Positions 32,280-42,078 of a stretch of 64,000 nucleotides of DNA are shown here, in pieces. This DNA comes from an uncultured Phycisphaerales bacterium (GTDB lineage: Bacteria > Planctomycetota > Phycisphaerae > Tepidisphaerales > Tepidisphaeraceae): NCBI GenBank assembly GCA_963844715.1, contig CAWJPJ010000005.1:160001-224000 (forward strand). The letters are read 5' to 3'. Below the pieces are notes generated by a model that saw nothing but the letters and a program-made list of their open reading frames with translations, was not told where the DNA came from and did no database searches. The first letter of the stretch is position 1. Every line of letters starts with the position of its first letter. A program made the position numbers and the translations under genes.

Positions 32280-33427
32280 AAGCGAATCTCGACGAAAGCG
32301 GCAACAATCCCTCCAGTCCCCTCCCTCTGTACTCAGGGGGAGGGCTAGGGAGGGGGTTCCGCGGCACGTTGACGAGACGTTCATCGCGCAATTCAATCTG
32401 CCCCGGCCACGACTTCCCCCTCATCGAGGCGATAGAAAGCCGAACTCTACTTTCGGGCGATGTATTTTTGGGCCATCTCGCCCTGGAAATTTCGCCGGAT
32501 GTCCGCGGCCCGGCATTGCATCTTTCGCACGAAATCCGCGTGGCCAACGCGACCGCGGTCACGCCGGATTTTGATGTCGCCCCGGTTCTTTCGGCCGGCC
32601 CCATCGCGCACGCGGCGGCGTTTGGCGGGCAATCGGGACAGGGCCAGGGTCTCTTCATTTCGCCAGGCGCCATCTTCGCGTATGAAACCGGTGGCGGGCA
32701 ATTCGCTTCTGGGCAGAACTGGTCGGACGATTCGTTTTATCTCAGCGGCTATCAGCGTCCCGAGCCGCCAATGATGGGCGGCGGATTCTTCGCCCCCCCG
32801 GGAATGGTCACCGGGATCACCATCACAATCAGTGAATCCGGAGGCTCGGTAACGACGGCTTCGCCCGTTGAGCCCGGCTCGCCGGTAGCGGCAGGCAGAC
32901 CCGCCTCGACTCCGAAAACGACCGCCGCCGCGCCGCTGCTGGCGGGGAACGCAACGACGCAAACCGTTCTGGCTTCGCCGCGCCCGGTGCAGAATGTCCT
33001 GAGTCAATCGGCTGCGCCCGTCGCTCCGCCCGCCGCCAGCGCGCCGAAACAGGATCCGTCAATTCCAGTCGCGGCTCCGAGCGCCGGTATCACGACCTAC
33101 GAACCTCGCCCGACGCAAAACGATCCCCCGAATTCCATTTTCACGATCGTCTCCTCCGAAATCGCCGACGCCGTCGCGGCCAGGCAAGTCACCCTGATGC
33201 AAGAAACCATCGCCCCCGCCGTGGAAACCACCGCGGCTGTGACCGAACAATTCCTCATAGCCGAGGCAGGCGCATTGGCTCGGGTCGCGAACAACGCCGC
33301 CGCCAGAATCCACTCCGAAAACAATCTGATCTGGTGGGAAACGGCCGCGTTGCTCGGATCCGTCCTGCTGATCAGCTACGCCGCCAATTTGAGATCGCCA
33401 CAAAAAGGCAATGGGGAGCCATTATAG
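32246..33427 (+). CDS. Secreted Pro/Ala-rich protein with LEPR-XLL-like motif and C-terminal TM
   Basis: IEAIESRTLLS; low-complexity linker; WWETAALLGSVLLISY. Confidence 0.65.
   Translation: MHKRKNSIERVKANLDESGNNPSSPLPLYSGGGLGRGFRGTLTRRSSRNSICPGHDFPLIEAIESRTLLSGDVFLGHLALEISPDVRGPALHLSHEIRVANATAVTPDFDVAPVLSAGPIAHAAAFGGQSGQGQGLFISPGAIFAYETGGGQFASGQNWSDDSFYLSGYQRPEPPMMGGGFFAPPGMVTGITITISESGGSVTTASPVEPGSPVAAGRPASTPKTTAAAPLLAGNATTQTVLASPRPVQNVLSQSAAPVAPPAASAPKQDPSIPVAAPSAGITTYEPRPTQNDPPNSIFTIVSSEIADAVAARQVTLMQETIAPAVETTAAVTEQFLIAEAGALARVANNAAARIHSENNLIWWETAALLGSVLLISYAANLRSPQKGNGEPL
32318..32356 (-). repeat. REP-like element within a reading frame
   Basis: Reverse complement is CCCCCTCCCTAGCCCTCCCCCTGAGTACAGAGGGAGGGG. 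Confidence 0.7.
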
Positions 33428-33430
33428 ATT

Positions 33431-33462
33431 TAACCACGGATGGGCGCGGATGAACGCGGATG
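33431..33462 (+). repeat. 10-bp-period short repeat (x-x-CGCGGATG)
   Basis: AACCACGGATG GGCGCGGATG AACGCGGATG; related copy at ~38277-38310. Confidence 0.6.
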
Positions 33463-33506
33463 GAATGGCGAGTTACCAGCCGCCCGCGAGTCGACGCCTT
33501 GACTAG

Positions 33507-34391
33507 GGCCTGTCTGATGAATCCAAAATCCTGAAATAGCGACGGATCATGGCGAGCTTGGCCATGGCCTGAAAGTTCACCGCCAGTTTCTCGTAACGCG
33601 TGCCCAGGCGGCGATTCTCCTTCATCCAATTCACGCAACGCTCCACCACGTTCCGTCGGCGATACGCCTTGCGATCAAAGTTCTCCTGCGGCGGCTGATT
33701 CGATTTCGCCGGGATCACCGCTTGGATTCGGTGGCGACGCAGCCATCGCCGCACATTTCCGTAACTGTATCCCTTGTCGCCCGCCAGCCTCCTGGGGCGA
33801 CGACGGCGGCGACCGATGCGCATCGCGTTCATCACCGGCTCCACGTACCGGCTCTCGTGGCATTGGCCGGCGCTGGCCTCGACGGCGAGCGGAACTCCCT
33901 GGCCGTCAGTAACCAGGTGGAGCTTGCTGCCCCACCCGCCTCGGCTGCGGCCCAACGCGTGATCCGCCGGTTCTTCCGGGGCGGTTTTGATTTTCTGGCT
34001 CCGGCGGCGGATCGACTGGCTCGCACATTGGTGCCGTCGATGCACCACAGGTCCCAGTCGATTCGTCCTTGCTTGTCCAACCTCATCTGCAGCCGCTGGA
34101 GGATTCGATCAATCGTTCCGTCCTTTCTCCAGCGGTTGAAGCGGTCGTAGACGCTTTGCCATCTGCCGTAACGTTCGGGCATCTCGCGCCATTGAGCGCC
34201 CGAGTGCAGAATCCAGAACATGCCGTTGAGCGTGGTGCGGTGGTCGTTCCACTGCCCGCCGCGCTTGCCGTTGCCGGGCAGCAGATCGCCGATCAACTCG
34301 TACTGCTCATCCGTGAGCTCATAACGTCGCATCCGTGACACCTCGTCTGAAAACCGCTATTTATAACCAAAAGCGATTCATCAGACAGGCC
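33507..34391 (-). mobile_element. IS5-family element, 885 bp, copy 2 (transposase 33503-34341)
   Basis: Same IRs, CTAG flanks and translated ORFs as copy 1. Confidence 0.95.
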
Positions 34392-34446
34392 CTAGCAACT
34401 GGCAACTAGCCGCAGGGCCGCCGTGGCGGCCAACTAGCAACTCAAC
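34392..34446 (+). repeat. Heptamer repeats CAACT(A/G)G around a GC hairpin
   Basis: CTAG CAACTGG CAACTAG ... GGCCGCC-GT-GGCGGCC AACTAG CAACT. Confidence 0.6.
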
Positions 34447-34777
34447 TCCTAATCTTCGAACCGCGTTTTTCGCACTGCCCAGCGTCGCCAAACCATTTGA
34501 CCACCAATGCCGATACTAAAGAACGCGTCTTCATCGCGAATCATCGCATGGTCCCGCGCTCTTCTCCTCCAACCTCCGCGTTCTCCGCGTCTCTGCGGTT
34601 CAATTCGCATTGAATTCCCGTCCGTTCAGCCCCCCAAAACCCCCCTCACCCCAATCGCCCCGGCTTGCCCCGGCCGCCGATCGCAGCGAAAGTGTCAACT
34701 TTTGTCCGATATTGTCCGCGGATAGAATGAATCGGCTATTGGCGTCATCGCGTTCCGGCGGTTCGGAACTCGAATTC

Positions 34778-34851
34778 GCCCGCGTAGCTCAGTTGGATAG
34801 AGCGCTGGTTTCCTAAACCGGAGGTCACAGGTTCGACTCCTGTCGCGGGTA
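34778..34851 (+). tRNA. tRNA-Arg (anticodon CCT), CCA not encoded
   Basis: Acceptor GCCCGCG/CGCGGGT; D arm GCTC-AGTTGGATA-GAGC; anticodon loop TTCCTAA; T arm ACAGG-TTCGACT-CCTGT. Confidence 0.95.
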
Positions 34852-34859
34852 TGATTGTG

Positions 34860-36303
34860 ATGGAACGAACAGCCAGATTGCGAGCCAGGCGAACCGCCGG
34901 GGCGGTTTTGCGCTATAGCATGGCCGTCGGGCTCTCCCTCCTGGCGGCGGGGATTGCCTGGCTAATGAACCCGATCGTCGGGCAGAGCACCGAGCCGATC
35001 TTTTTTGCCGCCGTCATGCTTGCCGCCTGGGTCGGGGGGTTAGGGCCGGGGCTCGTCGCCACCGCCGTGTCGGGATACCTCAGCGGGTACTATTTCTTTC
35101 TCAATCCCGTCGGCTCCGTCGGCTTTGGATGGGACGACATTCTGCGGCTGATCATCTTCTGTCTGGTCGCCTTGCTGATCAGTTCGCTCACCTCCCTGCG
35201 AAAGCGCGCCGAGGCGGCCTTGCAGCGGGCCAACGATCAGTTGGAAGTGCGCATCGAACAGCGGACCGCCGAATTGCGCCGATCCAACGAACTGCTTTTG
35301 CAAAGCGAGGAACGATTCCGCCTGCTGGTGGATGGCGTCGCCGACTACGCCCTGGTGATGCTCGACGCCGCGGGGCAGATCATAAGCTGGAATCCCGGCG
35401 CCGAGCGCATTTTCGCGTTTCAGCAGGAATTTGCCGTCGGGCGCGACTCCGCGGCGTTGTACATCCCCGAAGACATTTCCAAGGGAAAGCCCGCCGCAAA
35501 TTTGCGCGAGGCCCTTCAGCACAATCGCTATGAGGAAGAAGGATGGCGCGTGCGCGGCGATGGCCAGCGCTTCTGGGCCAACGTGATCACCACAACCCTG
35601 CGCGATGAGAGCGGCAAGCCCGCCGGTTTCGCGCAGGTCACGCGCGACATCACCGAGCTGCGCTCCCTCGAGCGCGAGCTGCTCGAGATCAGCGACCGCC
35701 AGCAAATGATCATCGGACACGAACTGCACGACGGCATCGGCCAGGAACTCACCGGCATCGCGCGTATTGACCCAGAATCTCCGCCAGCGTCTGGCCGCCT
35801 ACGATGAGACGGAGAGCGCCGAGGCGGGGAGAATCGCCAACCTGGCGAATCGAACCCTCGAGCAAGTGCGAAAACTGGCCCGCGGGCTTTCGGCCGTGGA
35901 CCTCGATCCCGAGGCGATGGTGGCCGCCTTGCGGGATATGGGGGTGAAAGTTCAGGCGTCGCTGGGCCGGCCGTGCGTGGTGACGATCAAAGGGATGCCG
36001 AAATGGACGGATACGTCGGTTTCCCTGCATTTGTTCCGAATTGCCCAGGAAGCGGTGAGCAATGCGGTTCGCCATGCGAATCCCAAGCAGATTCGCATCG
36101 AAATGGTTACAATGACTGACAGTGTGACGCTGGCGGTGCATGACGACGGCGTCGGGCTTCCTCCCGCCGGGAGTCGGCGCAAGGGGATGGGATTCAGCGT
36201 CATGCAATACCGCTCCCGCCTGATCGGAGCGGCGCCTGGAAATTCGCAGCGGCGCCGGCGGGACTTCGGTGATTTGTACCTGTCCGATCCAACAAAACGA
36301 TGA
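34860..36303 (+). CDS. DUF4118-PAS-HisKA_3 sensor histidine kinase (apparent frameshifts ~35765 and ~36235)
   Basis: AWVGGLGPGL TM domain; SWNPGAERIF...RFWANV PAS; HELHDGIGQEL, RIAQEAVSNAVRH and DDGVG. Confidence 0.88.
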
Positions 36304-37009
36304 CACAAACACCAACATCCGCAAAGAAACCGGTCATGGCGAAAGATCCGAACCAGGAGCGCTCTTGAGTTCTGCTGGTGGATGACCATCCAATCGTTCG
36401 CGAGGGCCTGATGGCCCGCATCGAATTGGAGGGGGATTTAACCGTCTGCGCCATGGCCGAATCGGCGCAGGAAGCCATGCGCAAGCTTCCGGAAACCAAT
36501 CCCGATCTGGTGGTGACGGACCTCTCTTTATCCGGAAAACCAGGGCTGGAATTGGTCAAGGAGATCCGCGCCGCCCGGCCGCTGCTGCCGATCCTGGTCC
36601 TCTCGATTCACGATGAAGAATTGTGGGCCGAGCGCGTGATTCGCGCCGGCGCCCAGGGTTACGTCATGAAAGCGCAGGCCACGGACAAGGTCATGGACGC
36701 GATCCGCCGCGTGCTGGCCGGCGGTTTGTGGCTAAGCGAAAAGATGAATGCGGCATTGCTGGGACGGATCGCCCAAGGACGCTCCCCGGCGCGGCCAGTC
36801 CCCTGGCGGGATTGTCTGATCGCGAGTTGGAAGTATTCCAGATGATCGGGCAAGGGCTCTCGATGAAGGAAATCGCCGCCCATCTATTTTCGAGCGCCAA
36901 GACGGTGGAGGTTCATCGAGAGCACATCAAGGAAAAACTGGGCCTCAAGAGCAGTGCCGATCTATTAAGGTATGCCGTAACCCACGCTTTGGGTGAACCA
37001 CAGGCATAA
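36300..37009 (+). CDS. NarL/FixJ-family response regulator (apparent frameshifts)
   Basis: VDDHPIVREG receiver; LSDRELEVF...KTVEVHREHIKEKL LuxR HTH. Confidence 0.88.
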
Positions 37010-37077
37010 GATTTTTCCCTATACACGGATAGGCAAAAAATACACCGGCATTCCGCAGCAATTTTATTTGTCGGCGT

Positions 37078-37238
37078 CAGAGTGTCGTGTATGTTTGCGT
37101 AGCCTGTTTGGGTGCCCTCTGCGTCCGGAACCCCAAGGGGGGGCCGGATTCGGAATCACTTCGGCAGGTTTTTTGGTCGGCCAGGGGTTCAAGTCTAATC
37201 TAATCGCGCGTCCCGAATTGGACCCAGCAGACACTCCG
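37078..37238. ncRNA. Candidate rod-shaped structured RNA (6S-like or sRNA); strand unknown
   Basis: Nested complementary pairs GAGTGTC/GACACTC, TGGGT/ACCCA, GAACCCC/GGGGTTC and GGCCGG/TCGGCC in an intergenic gap. Confidence 0.25.
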
Positions 37239-37330
37239 TACCAATTGGCGTTCCTGTGGGCTGGTAATCGCGCCTTTCTCACCTGCAACTGGTCCACCCT
37301 GAGCCACGTCGAAGGGCAACCAACAACTAG

Positions 37331-38215
37331 GGCCTGTCTGATGAATCCAAAATCCTGAAATAGCGACGGATCATGGCGAGCTTGGCCATGGCCTGAAAGT
37401 TCACCGCCAGTTTCTCGTAACGCGTGCCCAGGCGGCGATTCTCCTTCATCCAATTCACGCAACGCTCCACCACGTTCCGTCGGCGATACGCCTTGCGATC
37501 AAAGTTCTCCTGCGGCGGCTGATTCGATTTCGCCGGGATCACCGCTTGGATTCGGTGGCGACGCAGCCATCGCCGCACATTTCCGTAACTGTATCCCTTG
37601 TCGCCCGCCAGCCTCCTGGGGCGACGACGGCGGCGACCGATGCGCATCGCGTTCATCACCGGCTCCACGTACCGGCTCTCGTGGCATTGGCCGGCGCTGG
37701 CCTCGACGGCGAGCGGAACTCCCTGGCCGTCAGTAACCAGGTGGAGCTTGCTGCCCCACCCGCCTCGGCTGCGGCCCAACGCGTGATCCGCCGGTTCTTC
37801 CGGGGCGGTTTTGATTTTCTGGCTCCGGCGGCGGATCGACTGGCTCGCACATTGGTGCCGTCGATGCACCACAGGTCCCAGTCGATTCGTCCTTGCTTGT
37901 CCAACCTCATCTGCAGCCGCTGGAGGATTCGATCAATCGTTCCGTCCTTTCTCCAGCGGTTGAAGCGGTCGTAGACGCTTTGCCATCTGCCGTAACGTTC
38001 GGGCATCTCGCGCCATTGAGCGCCCGAGTGCAGAATCCAGAACATGCCGTTGAGCGTGGTGCGGTGGTCGTTCCACTGCCCGCCGCGCTTGCCGTTGCCG
38101 GGCAGCAGATCGCCGATCAACTCGTACTGCTCATCCGTGAGCTCATAACGTCGCATCCGTGACACCTCGTCTGAAAACCGCTATTTATAACCAAAAGCGA
38201 TTCATCAGACAGGCC
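37331..38215 (-). mobile_element. IS5-family element, 885 bp, copy 3 (transposase 37327-38165)
   Basis: Same IRs, CTAG flanks and translated ORFs as copy 1. Confidence 0.95.
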
Positions 38216-38661
38216 CTAGCAACTCGATCCAATCTTAATCCTAATCTCTGAGGGCGCTCTGCCGGGAAATTCAATTTAACCACGGATAGAGCACCGATGC
38301 GCACGGATTTAACTCCTTCGGATCCGCATTTTTAATCGGTGCGCAAGAATCGCTGTTTTTTTTCCGTGACCGACTCGCTAACTCAATTCGGACAAACTCA
38401 GGAAACCCTGGGGCAGACACGTGTTTAACGATTTCGACAAATAGGTGACTGTCCTTCCGGACGCGTCCCGTCGCTCCGGACGCGTCCCTCCGGACGGACT
38501 CTTCGGACTTAAAGTGTAACCTTTTGGCGAAAAATGTCCGCGGCTATTCCAAATCGCGCAGACAAGCGGCGTATTTCTGATCGTAGCGCGCACGACGTCC
38601 CACGGCGTTTGATTTCAGTTGCGCGTCGATCTATCTTGCCCACACTATCCAGGAAAAATCG

Positions 38662-39860
38662 ATGCAACAGGAGCAATCGGGGTTGGATTTTCTAAGCCGG
38701 TGGCTGGAGTCAATCGAACGGCGGTTCGGACGAGCAGGATCGCTCCTGATTATCGCGATTTGCATTTCCATCCTTTCGCTTTTCTTTGCCTATCCGGTCG
38801 AGCTCCTCAAGTCGTTTGTTGCAGCGACGGCGAGTCAAACGCCTAACGAACGATTTTCGAGGATCTACTTGCCGCTGAGCCGCGATCCCTGGCACACGAC
38901 ATTTTCGACCGCCGCGTATCAAGCGGTTCGGCATCGAATTTTGGGCCCGGTGATCGCCTGGTGCCTGGGGTTGCGCGGGCCGAGCAGCGCGGTGATTCCG
39001 ATTCTGGCCAATCCGCTGATCTACATGGCAAGCTTTGTTCTGCTGAAGAAAAAGACCAACGCAGTGATCGCGTTCTTATCGACGGCGATTCTCAGCCTGA
39101 CGCTGGTATGCGTGACCAGTCAGGTTTGGATGGGCTATCAAGACAGTCTGGCCAATTTGTTTCTGCTTCTGTCGCTGCTGATTGAATCGCCGGCCCTGTC
39201 GGCGCTGTGCGTCTTTGTGGGGATGCTCGCGGACGAGCGGATTCTGGCGGCGGGGATGCTGGTGCTCATGTGGCATGCCCAGGATCGCCAGACTTGGGCG
39301 GAGCGGCGCAGGGATGCCCTTCGGCGCGGCGCGTGGCTGGTGGCCAGCGCGGCGTTGTGGTGCATCTACATGATGGGCCAGAAGTATTTTACGGGACGAA
39401 CTTTCACGCCGGTTATTCCGCGGCCAGGCGTGACTTCATGAAGTATTTCTGGAACATCTGGCCGTCCTGGTATTACGCTTTGCGACTCGGTTGGTTGCTG
39501 CCGGCGCTGGCGGTTTGGGTTTGGGCGGCCTCGAAGAAGCGTTGGGCGGCGCCATTGCTGATCCTGTCGGTGCTCCCGGTTTTTGTGGCGGCGATCCAGG
39601 TGTACGACGTGAGCCGAGTGGGATCGTTCGCGTTTCCGGCCATGCTCATCGCGGTCGTCGCGCTGTATCGGCATCGCGTGCGATATTTGGAGCCGCTGCT
39701 GGCCATGGTGCTGCTGGGGCAAATTTTGTCGCCGAATTACATCGGTTATGGAGAATGGCTCCAGTTGGTTTCGCCGCTGCCGACGGTGATGGCGGATGAG
39801 CTTTCGCATCATTTCGATCCTTCCCCGAAATTGACGTCGGCAACCGTGCATGTTCGATGA
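38662..39860 (+). CDS. Polytopic membrane protein, possibly GT-C-fold (apparent frameshift ~39425)
   Basis: About ten hydrophobic segments with loop motifs RHRILGP, GYQDS, DER and DVSR. Confidence 0.55.
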
Positions 39861-39931
39861 GGAATTGGTCGGGTCTGGCGCGGGCTTTTCGATGAGATTA
39901 TCAGGCGGAAATGTGCGGGCGGCTAATTTCC

Positions 39932-39960
39932 TTGACAATGACAGGACCAGCACTTAACGT
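39932..39960 (+). promoter_or_regulatory. Putative sigma70 promoter of the TPS operon
   Basis: TTGACA-N17-TAACGT. Confidence 0.45.
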
Positions 39961-40073
39961 GATTTTTGCCCGGCTGCGGTGGTGTTGTTTGGGGCGGCCG
40001 GGCGATGGGGGAGTTCAAAGCGAAACCGACGGGTGGTTTCCCGCCATTTTTGAAACGGGAAACCGAGGACGAA

Positions 40074-42053
40074 ATGGCGTTACCTAGAAGCCTGTTTAGC
40101 AACGGCTACGGCAAACGTCGCGAATTCTCCTTGCGCCGGTTTGGGTCCGCGGCATCACTCTCCATTTCCATTTTTGCGATAGTCGGTTTCGGGTTCATTC
40201 GCCCGGCGAAGGCGACGGATCTGACCGACGATGAGAAGGCGCCGATATTGGGCGTTTCGAGCGTGCAGGTTCGCTACGCGGCAGCGGCGGCGGTGAGGAA
40301 AGAAGCGCTCCCGCCGATCGAGGATGTGGAAGATTTGCAAATCACGCTGGGGACGATCGACCGGCGCGAGGGGACGGTTTACGTCAAGGCATCGGGAAGT
40401 TCCTCAATCGAGGGAGGGGAACTGACGCAAATCCGGCTGGGGGACATTGGGACGCTGCCCGACCATCGATTCACGCCCAGCGCGATGCGGAGCATTTCAG
40501 AGCAGATCACGGCGTATTTGAATTCGCGGGGGATCGCGGGGGTGTATGTGGACCCGTCGGCGACGGATGTCGGGGCGGCGGAGCGCAACGAGGGAATGCG
40601 GCCGGTACTGGTGCACTTTGATATTCACGTGGCGGTGGTTCGGAAAGTTCAGACGGTGGAAGTTGGAGAGTACTACCCGGGGGTGGATTCAAATGGGCAT
40701 GGGAAAATCAACAACGCGCTGGATCAGACCATCGTCGATCATTCGCCGGTGCAATCGGCTACGCAGGACATCATGCATCAGAATGACGTGGACGATTATG
40801 TGCTGATGCTGAATCGGCAGCCGGGGCGCCAGGTTGATGCGACGCTGGAATCGGGGCAGGGGCCGGATTCGGTGAACCTGGATTATCTGGTTTCGCGCAG
40901 CAAGCCGTGGGACATTTATGGACAGGTTTCGAATACGGGGACGAAAGAGACGAACTCGTGGATCGAGCGGGTTGGTTTGATCGACAACCAACTCACGGGC
41001 AATGACGACACAATGAGCATCGATTATTCGACGGCGGGGTTTGACAAAGAAAACGATGTGAATGTTTTCTATGAAAAGCCGTTTTTGGGATTGCCGCGGA
41101 CGCGGGGGCGGATTTCGGTGGGGTATGAGCAATTCAACGCCTCGGATTTGGGCGACCAGAGCGTGAATTTTCACGGCGATACGACGTCGGTCGGGGCGCA
41201 GATCTCACAGAATATTTTTCAATATCGGGAATTGTTTCTGGATGTGATCGCGGGGACGCACTTTGAGGCGATTCACGTGGATAACACCACGGAGGATATT
41301 TCCGGGCGCGGGAACTTCTTCATGCCGTTCGTCACGCTGCATATGGAGCGGACCGTGCAGATCGATTCGGTTTCGGCGGATGTGACCAGCATGGGGAGCT
41401 TGTCTGATTCGAGCCAGGCGACTCGCGACGCGCTGGGGCGTGTGAGTGCGGTGCAGGATGCGCTGATTTATCAGGGGGATGTGGATTACTCGCTGTTTTT
41501 GGAGCCGCTGCTGGACGGCAAATCATTCGAGGCGGGGCGGAGCATTCTGGCCAATGAGTGCGCGTTCAGCTTGAAGGGGCAATACTCGTGCAATCAGCGA
41601 TTGATTGCCGAGGAGCAATACGTGGCCGGGGGTTTGTACACGGTTCGGGGTTATCCGCAGTCGATCGCGGCGGGAGACTCGGCGTGGGTGGCGACGGCGG
41701 AATATCGGCTGCATATCCCGCGCGTATTTGGCGTCGAGCCGCAACCGGGGCAGCTTTTCGGGGAACCGTTCCGATGGGCGCCGCAGCAGACCTATGGGAA
41801 GCCGGATTGGGATTGCATGTTCCGGGCATTTGTGGATTCGGGGCAGGTTTACAATTCGGGGCGGGAGGATTTTGAAACGAACGCGACGTTGGTCGGAATT
41901 GGCGTGGGCCTGGAATTGCAATACAAGGATAATGCGGACATTCGGGTGGATTTGGGGCGTGCGATGACGCCGATCAAGGATACGCAGACTGGGCAGACGT
42001 TGGTGAGCCGAGGCAGTCAGCAGGTGAATGTGGTTTTCACGTTGAAGCTTTAA
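40074..42053 (+). CDS. TpsB (ShlB/FhaC/HecB family) Omp85 transporter
   Basis: POTRA-like LMLNRQPG, SNTGT, DNQLTGNDD and GGLYTVRGY (Omp85 loop motif); beta-strand C-terminus. Start taken at MALPRS after GAGGA. Confidence 0.88.
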   Translation: MALPRSLFSNGYGKRREFSLRRFGSAASLSISIFAIVGFGFIRPAKATDLTDDEKAPILGVSSVQVRYAAAAAVRKEALPPIEDVEDLQITLGTIDRREGTVYVKASGSSSIEGGELTQIRLGDIGTLPDHRFTPSAMRSISEQITAYLNSRGIAGVYVDPSATDVGAAERNEGMRPVLVHFDIHVAVVRKVQTVEVGEYYPGVDSNGHGKINNALDQTIVDHSPVQSATQDIMHQNDVDDYVLMLNRQPGRQVDATLESGQGPDSVNLDYLVSRSKPWDIYGQVSNTGTKETNSWIERVGLIDNQLTGNDDTMSIDYSTAGFDKENDVNVFYEKPFLGLPRTRGRISVGYEQFNASDLGDQSVNFHGDTTSVGAQISQNIFQYRELFLDVIAGTHFEAIHVDNTTEDISGRGNFFMPFVTLHMERTVQIDSVSADVTSMGSLSDSSQATRDALGRVSAVQDALIYQGDVDYSLFLEPLLDGKSFEAGRSILANECAFSLKGQYSCNQRLIAEEQYVAGGLYTVRGYPQSIAAGDSAWVATAEYRLHIPRVFGVEPQPGQLFGEPFRWAPQQTYGKPDWDCMFRAFVDSGQVYNSGREDFETNATLVGIGVGLELQYKDNADIRVDLGRAMTPIKDTQTGQTLVSRGSQQVNVVFTLKL

Positions 42054-42078
42054 AGGTCGCTATTGGAGGTGGCCGGCG

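Noticed and set aside
11385..38215. Composite transposon formed by the 885-bp IS copies
   Set aside because: Every copy has its own CTAG flanks, so joint movement cannot be shown. Independent insertions suffice.
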